From Bacteroidota bacterium (GTDB lineage Bacteria > Bacteroidota > Bacteroidia > Bacteroidales > WCHB1-69): DNA of 64,000 nucleotides. Positions 15,273 to 24,489 of this stretch are shown piece by piece (position 1 is the first letter of the stretch; every line of letters begins with the position of its first letter). The notes under the pieces are model-generated. The model worked only from the letters and a program-made list of their open reading frames with translations, did not search any database and was not told the DNA's origin. Location of the stretch: the NCBI GenBank assembly GCA_009786185.1, contig WQTS01000144.1, positions 46,127 through 110,126 of the forward strand, read 5' to 3'. A program made the position numbers and the translations under genes.

Positions 15273-16682
15273 TTAAGACGCCGGGCAGCTTTTTACTAAC
15301 AATACCACATTCTCCACATGATGCGTATGCGGAAACATATCCACCGGTTGCACTTTTGCAACAGTATATTTCTTAGCAAGTTCCGTAATATCACGAGCTT
15401 GCGTAGCAGGATTGCAACTAATGTACACAATTTTTGGCGGCTCCATTTCCAATAAACGAGCTATTACGTCGGGATGCATGCCGGCGCGGGGCGGATCGGT
15501 AATCACTACATCGGGTTTGCCGTTGCGTTTGGTACAATTCTGATTTAAAACATCTTTCATGTCGCCGGCAAAAAAAACAGTATTGGTGATTCCATTTTGT
15601 TGCGCATTGTATTTGGCGTCTTCAATTGCGGCTTCCACGTACTCAATGCCTACGACTTTTTCTGCTTGTTTGGCTACAAAAAGTGCGATGGTTCCGGTGC
15701 CTGTGTATAAATCATATACAATATCTTTTTCTGCAATTTCTGCAAAATCTCGCGCTATTTTGTACAATTCTAAGGCTTGTAAACTGTTGGTTTGGAAAAA
15801 AGAGAGCGGTCCGATTTTAAAATGCTGTTCCTCCATTGTTTCCGAAATATGTGGCGCTCCGGCATACAAAACCGGCTCCAAATCGGAAATAGAATCGTTT
15901 AATTTCGTATTAATCACATAAAATAAAGAGCTGATTTTGGGAAATTTATCTTTTAAAAAATCTAACAACAACTTGGTTTTATCATTCATTTCGGTTAAAG
16001 AAACAATCACCATCACTTCATTTTTTGTATTATTTCTAATGATGATATTTCTTAAAATGCCTTCATGATTTCTGATATTGTAAAAAGTGATGTCGTGTTC
16101 CATTGCAAATTGCCGCACGCTGTTTCTAATTTCATTGCTCGGCTCGGCTTGCAAATAACAATGTTTTATATCCAATACTTTATCGAATTTTCCCGGAATG
16201 TGAAATCCCAATCCTCTTGTTTCCAATACCTTTCCGTCATTACGCAAACGCATATCTTCATCATTCAACCAGCGTAAATGTGAAAAAGTATATTCCAATT
16301 TATTTCGATATTCATATTGCTTTTTTGAAGGAATGATAGGTAAAACAGACGGAAACTCAAACTTCCCCAAATGTCGAAAACAATCTTCTACCTGTTTTTG
16401 CTTGTATTTCAATTGAGTTTCATAATCCATAATTTGCCATTTGCATCCGCCGCACAAGCCAAAATGGGCGCATTTCGGCTCAATTCTATGAGGTGATTTC
16501 TTTTTGATGTTCACAATGCGAGCTTCGGCATATCCTTTTTTCTTTTTATATACTTCCACATCCACCACATCGCCGGGCACGGCAAACGGAACAAAAACGG
16601 TGAGTCCGTCTTTTTTGCCTACGGCTTTCCCTTCGCCACCGGCGTCTATAATTTCTAAGTCTTCGATTTTGTAGTATTTCAC
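15273..16682 (-). CDS. rlmD: 23S rRNA (uracil-C5)-methyltransferase RlmD/RumA
   Basis: N-terminal TRAM domain (GEGKAVGKKDGLTVFVPFAVPGDVVDVEV), Fe-S Cys cluster CAHFGLCGGCKWQ, SAM-MTase motifs DLYTGTGTIAL and ITDPPRAG, and a C-terminal YISCNPAT. Confidence 0.9.
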   Translation of the reverse strand: MKYYKIEDLEIIDAGGEGKAVGKKDGLTVFVPFAVPGDVVDVEVYKKKKGYAEARIVNIKKKSPHRIEPKCAHFGLCGGCKWQIMDYETQLKYKQKQVEDCFRHLGKFEFPSVLPIIPSKKQYEYRNKLEYTFSHLRWLNDEDMRLRNDGKVLETRGLGFHIPGKFDKVLDIKHCYLQAEPSNEIRNSVRQFAMEHDITFYNIRNHEGILRNIIIRNNTKNEVMVIVSLTEMNDKTKLLLDFLKDKFPKISSLFYVINTKLNDSISDLEPVLYAGAPHISETMEEQHFKIGPLSFFQTNSLQALELYKIARDFAEIAEKDIVYDLYTGTGTIALFVAKQAEKVVGIEYVEAAIEDAKYNAQQNGITNTVFFAGDMKDVLNQNCTKRNGKPDVVITDPPRAGMHPDVIARLLEMEPPKIVYISCNPATQARDITELAKKYTVAKVQPVDMFPHTHHVENVVLLVKSCPAS

Positions 16683-16832
16683 AATTTAGGGGTTTTAGAT
16701 TTCGTTTGAGCGCGAAAATAGTTTTTATTTTAACCAATTCTAAAAAGTGTAATAAATTTTGCAAATAATGGACAACATTCTTTTTTTTGAGAAAAAATAC
16801 ACTTCCCTATTGACAAACGCCCTTCCGTAATG

Positions 16833-16840
16833 TATATTTG
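16833..16840 (+). promoter_or_regulatory. -7 box TATATTTG upstream of the ORF6N gene
   Basis: Matches TAnnTTTG 21 nt upstream of the ATG at 16861. An upstream TTGAC lies at 16810-16814. Confidence 0.4.
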
Positions 16841-16860
16841 CGCGACTAAATATTACTATT

Positions 16861-17406
16861 ATGAACTTCTTAAAATTCAACTCTGTAGAAGAGAAAATCA
16901 TCATCATTAGAGGCATTCCCGTTATTTTGGATAGCGATGTTGCAGAACTCTATGAAGTAGAAACGAAACGCATTAATGAAGCGGTTAAAAACAATCCCGA
17001 TAAATTTCCAGAAGGATATCTTTTGGAAGTCAATCAAAATGAGAAGATTGAACTGGTCGAAAATTTCGACCGGTTCAACAAACTAAAACATTCAACCGTT
17101 TTTCCAACAGCATTTACCGAAAAAGGGATGTATATGTTGGCTACTATCTTAAAAAGCCCAAAAGCCACACAAACCACCATTGATATTGTGGAAACCTTTG
17201 CTAAATTTCGTGAACTTTCGCGTGCAGTTTCCCAATTATCGAAAACTGAAAATGAACTCACCCAAAAGTCATTAATGCAAAAAAGCGGCGAAATTATTGC
17301 AGATCTTTTGGAAAATGATTTAGAGATTACCGATGCAGAAACCACTTGGGAAATTAACCTTGCCATGATGAAGTTCAAACGCACGGTCAGACAGAAGAAG
17401 AAGTGA
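16861..17406 (+). CDS. ORF6N (KilA-N-related) DNA-binding domain protein
   Basis: IRGIPVILDSDVAELYEVETKRINEAVKNNPDKFPEGYLLEV is the ORF6N signature. Confidence 0.8.
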   Translation: MNFLKFNSVEEKIIIIRGIPVILDSDVAELYEVETKRINEAVKNNPDKFPEGYLLEVNQNEKIELVENFDRFNKLKHSTVFPTAFTEKGMYMLATILKSPKATQTTIDIVETFAKFRELSRAVSQLSKTENELTQKSLMQKSGEIIADLLENDLEITDAETTWEINLAMMKFKRTVRQKKK

Positions 17407-17478
17407 GATTATCTTTCGAAATAAACTATAATTTCGCGGTGTAGAATAGTACTACGTAACGAAATACAAATTAAAGGT

Positions 17479-18987
17479 ATGAAAAACATAAAAAAAGACC
17501 TCCCCGTAATCATAGGCGTAGTTGCAGCCACCTCTTTAGCTTGTGTTACAGGCGGATTGGTTAATTCAGCTACCATGAGCATACTGGGCAAAGTTGGAAG
17601 CAATATTGGTACGCGTCTTGCGGCTAACTATATCTATGGGTTCAACCCCGGCAGAATTAAAAGATGGTTTGTGGATATTCATCCTGATGATTTAAACCAC
17701 AGTATTAAAAAATTGTTTGTAGCTTCGGTGAATGAAGCGTTGCACAATATTTCAATCTTATTTGATGAAACGAAAGCTACGGAAGCTGAGAAGAAAGAAG
17801 CCGACCGGTTAATCAAAATATTACAAAAGCAATTGCCCGGCATGCTTATGGATAGCAAGCAAATTCAGTTTGATGAAACCGAAATTAAGCAGTTCCTTTA
17901 TGAAAAAGGCGATGATGAAATGATTTGCAATTTTGTTGAAAAGCAATTCAATACTTTTGGAATAGACGAACCTTTTAAATCATTTTTAGCGCAAAATTTG
18001 TCGCCACAACTTCAACTTTGTTTTGGAGAAGGTTTAAAAGACCCCGCCAATCAAAATGCGTGGATTGCCTTTCAAAGAATGTTAACAGAGGAGATCCGTC
18101 ACGACATCAAGCAAATTGCCGATACACAGCAAAGTATTAAAGATGACCTTTCGGATTTGAAATTTGAAAAAGCGGGCTTCTCAGAAGAGCAAATGGCTGA
18201 AATTCGCGAACTTGTAAAGATACTGAACGACAAAAAGTTAATTGAGGTAAAAATCAAAAATGGACTTGATGAAAGTTTGAAATCTCTTGAGAGCAAGGCA
18301 AACGAGGTCATCAAAATTACTACTAAAACGCAAATTACGGTAGAGGAGTTAAAAACTCTCGTAGAAAAAAGCAACAGACAAAAAGAAAAAGACCGTATCA
18401 TCATTTACATTTTGGCTGCTTGTTTGTTTATTGCAGGAGCATTCATCGGATATAATGTTGTAAAAAAGCCTTTTACAACAACGGTTAAAGTGGTGGGTTG
18501 GGAAAGCGAGCAGCACAATCCATTAAACGGCAAAGGCAGTATCGTTTTAACTTTAGGCGATAAAATGGAAAAAGCGGAGATTAGTCGCCAAGGTGAAGCA
18601 ATTTTTAAAAGTGTTCCTTCTAAATATGATGGCAAAATGGTAACCGCTCATCTCACTGACACAGAAGGCGAGCCCTATTTTTTGCCAGACAGCATGATTA
18701 AAATTCAAAAAAACAATACCACAAAAGTGCAGGTGCTGTTGCGCGGATTGGAAAAATTGCAAGGAACCGTTTTTGACAATGTTTCAGGTGAAGGTGTGCC
18801 GGAGGTGATGGTAACTGTGGCAGGCATAAGCGGAATCACTGATTCAAGCGGATACTTCAGCATTGATATTCCCATAGAAAAACAACGACAAGAACAAAAG
18901 ATTGTAATTAGTAAGGAAGGCTATGAAAGCAAACGGGAAACTATTTCTATGACAGGGGAGTATAATGTGGTTTTGAGACGAAAATGA
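17479..18987 (+). CDS. 502-aa membrane protein: Gly/Ala/Ser-rich N-terminal segment, helical cytoplasmic region, coiled-coil, TM helix and two extracytoplasmic CarboxypepD_reg-like Ig domains
   Basis: TM helix IIIYILAACLFIAGAFIGYNVV at ~residue 310. The C-terminal LQGTVFDNVSGEGVPEVMVTVAGISGITDSSGYFSIDI is a carboxypeptidase-regulatory-like motif. Confidence 0.55.
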   Translation: MKNIKKDLPVIIGVVAATSLACVTGGLVNSATMSILGKVGSNIGTRLAANYIYGFNPGRIKRWFVDIHPDDLNHSIKKLFVASVNEALHNISILFDETKATEAEKKEADRLIKILQKQLPGMLMDSKQIQFDETEIKQFLYEKGDDEMICNFVEKQFNTFGIDEPFKSFLAQNLSPQLQLCFGEGLKDPANQNAWIAFQRMLTEEIRHDIKQIADTQQSIKDDLSDLKFEKAGFSEEQMAEIRELVKILNDKKLIEVKIKNGLDESLKSLESKANEVIKITTKTQITVEELKTLVEKSNRQKEKDRIIIYILAACLFIAGAFIGYNVVKKPFTTTVKVVGWESEQHNPLNGKGSIVLTLGDKMEKAEISRQGEAIFKSVPSKYDGKMVTAHLTDTEGEPYFLPDSMIKIQKNNTTKVQVLLRGLEKLQGTVFDNVSGEGVPEVMVTVAGISGITDSSGYFSIDIPIEKQRQEQKIVISKEGYESKRETISMTGEYNVVLRRK

Positions 18988-19069
18988 TAGGTAAAGATTG
19001 TTATAAAGAACACGGATGACACAGATAACACGGATTTACACTGAATAATATCTAAAAAATCAATATAAA

Positions 19070-21307
19070 ATGAAAAAAACGCACACCGCACACCGCATAC
19101 CGCATACCGCAATCTGCCTTCTGCTTTCTGCCTTCTGCTTTTTACCCCTTTCTGCGCAGCAAGTGCAATTGAAAGGCGTTGTTACCGTGCAAAATAGCAA
19201 AACCCACACCGGTAAAACACAATACGTGAAAAATGCAGAGATAGAGCACGTCAATGTTAAAAATGCTAAAACTAAAGACGTTACCGGTGATGATGGAAAA
19301 TTTACGCTGAATATTCAAGGGGTGGGAGCCAATACGCAAACGCAAATAGCCGTAACACTGCATGGTGCATATAGCGATTATGTGATTGTAAATGAAAAAG
19401 AGTTGCGCGATATTACTTTGGGACGCTTAACCCCTATTAGTGTGTTCATCTGCAAAAAAGGCGATTTAGAGCAGCGGCAAGCGGAAATGGTAGGCATCAA
19501 TATGCGGAAATTGGAAGAACGTTTGGAAAAAGATAAAAATCGTTTGCAAAAAGAGCTAAACGATTTGAGAGCTAAGAGCGATTATATGAACGTTCGTTAC
19601 AGCGAAATAAAAGACAGCCTGAATGTTATCAGTAAAAATATTGACAATGCTTTTGAGCGCATCAAAGAATATGCCAAAAGCATGACGCTTGAAAATTTAG
19701 ATGACAGAGATGAAAATTACGTAAAAGCTTATGGAGCTTTTTCAAGAGGTGAATTAGATAGTGTTTCCTATTATTTGCGCGATGATGAATTAGATTTGAA
19801 GTACCAAAAAATAGTGCAATTACAGCATGAAGCCAAAAAAGAAAGAGAGTTAGCCGCCATATTAACCGAATCGGCTCAGCAAAAAGAAGAGTATTCGGAA
19901 AACAAACTGAATGAATTAATAAAAGAATGGTTGTTGTTGGCGCGTACTTACGATATGAAGAATGATTATGAAAAAACAATGATGTACTACGAAAAAGTAG
20001 TTTATGCCGATACATTGAATTTAGATGTTTTTGTTGAATATGCCGAATATCTATATAAAATCAGGGAGTTTGCCAAATCTGAAAAATATTTCCAATATTG
20101 TTTGGCAAAATATAGAGAACTTGCAGCAAACAATCCCAATTATTTGCCGGATGTAGCATTTACATTAAATGATTTAGCAAATTTACAAAGGGATAATAAA
20201 GAGTTTTCTGTTGCCTTACAAAATTTCGAAGAGGCTTTGAGAATGCGTAAAGAACTTGCAGTCGAAAATCCTAAAGTATACTTAAAATATGTAGCATCAA
20301 CTTTGCACAACTTGGGAAATTTGCATAATAATTTAAATGACCATCCGGAAGCGTTCAGACATTATGAAGAGTCTTTAAAAATTCGCGAAGAACTTGCAAA
20401 GGAAGATCCAAAAGCACATTTAAGTAATATAGCTGCAACATTGAACAATTTGGCAGTTTTGCACGTGGATCGTAATGAACTTGAGGCAGGTATGAAAAAA
20501 CACCAAGAGGCTTTAGAAATACGTCGTGCACTTGCTGCAGAAAATCCAAAAGCCTATTTGCCTGCTGTGGCAGCATCTTTGAACAATTTGGCGATTTTGC
20601 ATAGAAAAAAAGGCGAGTTTCACGAGGCTTTGATGAAATATGAAGAGGCTTTAAAAATACGTAAAGAGCTTGCTGTAGAGAATCCTAAAGCTTATATTCT
20701 TGAAGTATCGCAAACATTGAATAATTTGGCAATTTTACATTACTCAAACAAAGAATATCCGGCAGCTTTGCAAGCGTTCGAAGAATCTTTGGAAATACGC
20801 CGTGCACTTGCTGCAGAAAACCCAAAAGCATACTTGTCTTCTGTGGCAGCGACTTTAAACAATATGGCAATTTTGCATTTTGCAATTTTTGAATACTCAA
20901 CTGCCGTACAGAAATATGAAGAATCTTTAATAATTCATGAAAAACTTGCTATTGATAATCCGAAGGTTTTTTTACCATTGGTAATAGCAACAAGCACCGA
21001 TGTCGCAAGATGCTATCTTTTTACCAAGAAATTTACTCAAGCTGAACAATTTGCAAACAAAGCATTGGAATTAGACAGCAATTTTTTTAAAGCGACAACA
21101 AATCTTGCGCATGCTTTACTTCTTCAAAATCGCTTTTCGGAGGCGGAACCATTATATTTGGAATTGGCACAAACCATTAAGGAAGGTAATGAAACCTATA
21201 CCCAAACACTTTTGAATGATTTGGATATACTTGAGGAGGAAGAGGTTATTCCCGAAGAACGCAAGGCAGATGTGGAGAAAATTAGAGAAATGTTACGAGG
21301 GCAATAG
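19070..21307 (+). CDS. 745-aa secreted protein: CarboxypepD_reg-like domain, coiled-coil and ~8 kinesin-light-chain-type TPR (TPR_10/12) repeats
   Basis: The signal peptide ends LPLSAQ. LKGVVTVQNSK...VTGDDGKFTL is present. There are repeated 42-aa units of the type EALEIRRALAAENPKAYLPAVAASLNNLAILH. Confidence 0.7.
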   Translation: MKKTHTAHRIPHTAICLLLSAFCFLPLSAQQVQLKGVVTVQNSKTHTGKTQYVKNAEIEHVNVKNAKTKDVTGDDGKFTLNIQGVGANTQTQIAVTLHGAYSDYVIVNEKELRDITLGRLTPISVFICKKGDLEQRQAEMVGINMRKLEERLEKDKNRLQKELNDLRAKSDYMNVRYSEIKDSLNVISKNIDNAFERIKEYAKSMTLENLDDRDENYVKAYGAFSRGELDSVSYYLRDDELDLKYQKIVQLQHEAKKERELAAILTESAQQKEEYSENKLNELIKEWLLLARTYDMKNDYEKTMMYYEKVVYADTLNLDVFVEYAEYLYKIREFAKSEKYFQYCLAKYRELAANNPNYLPDVAFTLNDLANLQRDNKEFSVALQNFEEALRMRKELAVENPKVYLKYVASTLHNLGNLHNNLNDHPEAFRHYEESLKIREELAKEDPKAHLSNIAATLNNLAVLHVDRNELEAGMKKHQEALEIRRALAAENPKAYLPAVAASLNNLAILHRKKGEFHEALMKYEEALKIRKELAVENPKAYILEVSQTLNNLAILHYSNKEYPAALQAFEESLEIRRALAAENPKAYLSSVAATLNNMAILHFAIFEYSTAVQKYEESLIIHEKLAIDNPKVFLPLVIATSTDVARCYLFTKKFTQAEQFANKALELDSNFFKATTNLAHALLLQNRFSEAEPLYLELAQTIKEGNETYTQTLLNDLDILEEEEVIPEERKADVEKIREMLRGQ
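19080..19140. repeat. Tandem heptamers CGCACAC/CGCATAC x4.5 (19080-19111), then TCTGCCTTCTGCTT x2 (19113-19140)
   Basis: Read directly from the sequence. They lie inside codons 4-24 of the 19070 CDS, in the signal peptide. Confidence 0.9.
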
Positions 21308-21466
21308 CACAACCGCTACCAAATAGAGCCCTCATAAACTTAATAAACCTTAATTTTTCAAGGAATTAACGCGTGTATTGGATTATTTTACAGATATTTG
21401 CAAATTAATTTCGTATTAAAAATATTATATCCAAATCAATTAATAATCAACAAATTATCATCTTTT

Positions 21467-23092
21467 ATGAAAAGCATTGCTGAACAACTAAATCTTATTG
21501 GGATTGAAAACCCTCAGAAAATTTATTACAATTTATCGTACGAAGACTTGTACAAACACGAAACCAACCCTGAGTTGACAGGTTTTGAGCGCGCATATCA
21601 TACAAAATCAGGCGCATTATCGGTGGACACAGGAATATTTACAGGTCGCTCTCCGAAAGATAAATATGTAGTAATGGATGAGGAAACGAAAGATAAAGTT
21701 TGGTGGCACGACCCGGTAAAAAAATCGCCGGACAACAAACCGCTTGCCGTTGAACAATGGAAAGAATTGAAAAAATTGAGCCAAAATCAATTAAGCAATA
21801 AAGATCTTTATGTAATGGATGTGTTTGCCGGCGTAAATCCTGATACAAGAATGAAAGTTCGCTTTATTACCGAAGTGGCTTGGCAGGCGCATTTTGTGAA
21901 AAATATGTTTTTACGTCCAACGGAAGAGGAATTGAAAGATTTTACTCCCGATTTTATTGTGATGAATAGTTGTAAAGTAACCAATCCGAAATGGGAAGAG
22001 TGGGGCATGAACAGCGAAGTGTTCATCGCATTTAACCTTACTGAAAAAATGGCGCTTATCGGTGGCTCATGGTATGGCGGCGAAATGAAAAAAGGTATTT
22101 TCTCCGTAATGAACTATTTCCTTCCGCTCAAAGGTATTGCTTCTATGCACTGCTCGGCAAATCAAGGAAAAGATGGCGATACTGCTATTTTCTTCGGATT
22201 GTCAGGTACAGGAAAAACGACGCTTTCTACCGATCCAAATCGCGCACTTATCGGCGACGATGAGCATGGCTGGGATGATAACGGAATTTTTAACTTTGAA
22301 GGCGGTTGTTACGCAAAATGTATCAATTTAAGTAAAGAAAACGAACCTGATATTTTCAACGCTATTAAGAGAGATGCACTGTTAGAGAATTTGGTAATAG
22401 ATGAAGAAGGAAACATAGATTTTAATTCGCAGGCAAAAACGGAAAACACGCGTGTTTCTTATCCTATTTATCACATCGACAATATTGTAAAGCCCGAATC
22501 GAAAGGCACGCACCCCAGCAAGGTGATCTTCCTTACAGCGGATGCTTTTGGCGTTTTACCTCCTGTCTCCATTTTATCGAAAGAACAAGCTATGTACTAT
22601 TTCTTGAGTGGATATACGGCAAAATTAGCCGGAACGGAGCGCGGTATTAAAGAGCCGACGCCTACATTTTCTTCTTGTTTCGGAGCGGCTTTCCTAACGT
22701 TGCATCCCACAAAATATGCTGAAGTGTTCTCCAAAAAAATTGAACAACACGATTCTACCTGTTATTTGGTAAATACCGGCTGGATTGGCGGTGGCTTCAA
22801 CACCGGCGGGCATCGTATCTCAATTAAAGACACGCGCACCATTATTTCAGCGATATTAAACGGCGAATTGGTGAATTGTGAAACCGAATTGGTGAAACCG
22901 TTTATGTTAAACATCCCCAAACACATAAAAGGCGTTGAAGATTCTGTTTTAAATCCGGCAAACAGTTGGAAAGATAAAAATGCTTTTAAAGAGAATGTAA
23001 CTAAAGTAGCCGAATTTTTCGTTAAGAATTTTGAGAAATTTACGGATACAGAAGAAGGGAAGCGCTTGAGGGAGTTTGGGCCGAAATTGTAA
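21467..23092 (+). CDS. pckA: Phosphoenolpyruvate carboxykinase (ATP)
   Basis: Full-length match to the PckA pattern, including the kinase-1a motif [13 protein letters not shown] and IGDDEHGW. Start chosen at MKSIAEQL (21467), not the tracked 21398. Confidence 0.95.
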   Translation: MKSIAEQLNLIGIENPQKIYYNLSYEDLYKHETNPELTGFERAYHTKSGALSVDTGIFTGRSPKDKYVVMDEETKDKVWWHDPVKKSPDNKPLAVEQWKELKKLSQNQLSNKDLYVMDVFAGVNPDTRMKVRFITEVAWQAHFVKNMFLRPTEEELKDFTPDFIVMNSCKVTNPKWEEWGMNSEVFIAFNLTEKMALIGGSWYGGEMKKGIFSVMNYFLPLKGIASMHCSANQGKDGDTAIFFGLSGTGKTTLSTDPNRALIGDDEHGWDDNGIFNFEGGCYAKCINLSKENEPDIFNAIKRDALLENLVIDEEGNIDFNSQAKTENTRVSYPIYHIDNIVKPESKGTHPSKVIFLTADAFGVLPPVSILSKEQAMYYFLSGYTAKLAGTERGIKEPTPTFSSCFGAAFLTLHPTKYAEVFSKKIEQHDSTCYLVNTGWIGGGFNTGGHRISIKDTRTIISAILNGELVNCETELVKPFMLNIPKHIKGVEDSVLNPANSWKDKNAFKENVTKVAEFFVKNFEKFTDTEEGKRLREFGPKL

Positions 23093-23104
23093 CATCGCTT
23101 TATA

Positions 23105-23190
23105 AGCACGCAGATGACGCAGATTATCAGGATTTTCGCAGATAAATGGTAATCTGCGTTTATCCATTAAATCTGCGTCTTCTGCGTGCT
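23105..23190. repeat. Inverted-repeat element built from CGCAGAT words (20-bp arms with 1 mismatch, plus an inner CGCAGAT/ATCTGCG stem)
   Basis: AGCACGCAGATGACGCAGAT (23105-23124) pairs with ATCTGCGTCTTCTGCGTGCT (23171-23190). It sits between the pckA stop and the rmuC start and probably also terminates pckA. Confidence 0.85.
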
Positions 23191-23204
23191 AAAAAATAAT
23201 TATT

Positions 23205-24476
23205 ATGGAAACATTATATTCATTAACAGGACTTTTAGTAGGCATAATCATCGCCTATCTCATCTTTTATTTGCTCAACAAATCAAGAAACGTTTCTAAA
23301 GAGAATTTTGATAGTCTTAGTTTAAAACTCAATGAAAAAGAGAATACTATTTTAGAACTCACCTCGCAAAATAGTAAATTAACCGCCAATAATTCTTTTT
23401 TATCCGAAAAATTAACAACCCAAAAAACAGAATTTGAAGAACTTCAAAAAACAGCCCATTTGCAATTTGAAAAAATCGCCAATAAGTTGTTTGAAGAAAA
23501 ATCATCGAAATTTACCGAAACGAATAAAGCAAATATTGAAACGCTGCTAAATCCTTTAAAAGAAGATATTAACAAGTTTAAAACCAAAGTTGAAGAAACC
23601 TACGATAAAGAATCGAAACAGCGGTTTTCGTTAGAAGAAAAGGTAAAGGATTTAATTGAACAAACCAATAAAGTAAGCGCCGAAGCGAACAATTTGGCAA
23701 CCGCATTAAAAGGCAAACCGCAAAAAAGGGGAAATTGGGGTGAGATGATTTTAGAGCGCATACTCGAATCGTCCGGATTGACAAAGGATAGAGAGTATTT
23801 TATTCAACAATCCATAAAAGATGAAGAAGGCAATATTTTAAGACCCGATGTAAGGGTAAATTTGCCGGACGAAAGGGTAATTATCATTGATTCGAAAGTT
23901 TCCTTAGTTGCCTACGACAAACTTGTGGCAACAGAAAATACAGATGAGCAAAAAACATTTTTGGATGAACATCTTAAATCGACGTACGACCATATCGATC
24001 AATTAAGTTCAAAAAAATATGATGACCTTGAGACATCTTTAGATTTTACTATGATGTTTGTTCCTATTGAACCGGCGTATTTAGCTGCTGTACAAGGCGA
24101 TTCTGAACTGTGGGCTTATGCTTATGCTAAAAGGATTTTATTGGTAAGTCCCACAAATTTAATTGCTTGCCTTAAATTGATTTCCGACTTATGGAAGCGG
24201 GAATGGCAAAACAAAAACGCCATGGAAATTGTAAGAAAAGGAGAAGCACTTTATGAGAAATTTGTTGGTTTTACAAAAACATTTGAAGAAATAGGGAATA
24301 GCATTAAAGCGAGCCAGGAAAAATATGATAAAGCACTGGGACAACTAAAAGATGGAAGAGGAAATTTGGTAAACCAAGCTATTCAGTTGAAAAATTTAGG
24401 ACTAAAATCAGATAAGAAAGTTTCGTTAAATTTGCTGCCAATGGCAGCTGAGGATATAGAAAACGAGGATGAATAG
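23205..24476 (+). CDS. rmuC: DNA recombination protein RmuC
   Basis: N-terminal TM helix, long coiled-coil, and the RmuC core GNWGEMILERILESSGL...RPDVRVNLPDERVIIIDSKVSL. Confidence 0.9.
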   Translation: METLYSLTGLLVGIIIAYLIFYLLNKSRNVSKENFDSLSLKLNEKENTILELTSQNSKLTANNSFLSEKLTTQKTEFEELQKTAHLQFEKIANKLFEEKSSKFTETNKANIETLLNPLKEDINKFKTKVEETYDKESKQRFSLEEKVKDLIEQTNKVSAEANNLATALKGKPQKRGNWGEMILERILESSGLTKDREYFIQQSIKDEEGNILRPDVRVNLPDERVIIIDSKVSLVAYDKLVATENTDEQKTFLDEHLKSTYDHIDQLSSKKYDDLETSLDFTMMFVPIEPAYLAAVQGDSELWAYAYAKRILLVSPTNLIACLKLISDLWKREWQNKNAMEIVRKGEALYEKFVGFTKTFEEIGNSIKASQEKYDKALGQLKDGRGNLVNQAIQLKNLGLKSDKKVSLNLLPMAAEDIENEDE

Positions 24477-24489
24477 ATTGATTTAAAGA

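Noticed and set aside
16546-16764. 72-aa Arg-rich ORF overlapping the 5' end of rlmD
   Set aside because: It lies in a different frame on the same strand as rlmD, is extremely R-rich and shows no independent signals.
18921-19363. Minus-strand ORFs (63-73 aa, Cys/Arg-rich) overlapping the heptamer repeats
   Set aside because: They are generated by the repeat composition, overlap the well-supported 19070 CDS and the preceding gene end, and have no recognisable features.
21398-21466. Upstream Met (21398) as the pckA start
   Set aside because: The extra 23 residues ([23 protein letters not shown]) are AT-rich spacer-like sequence. PckA homologs begin near MKSIAEQL...
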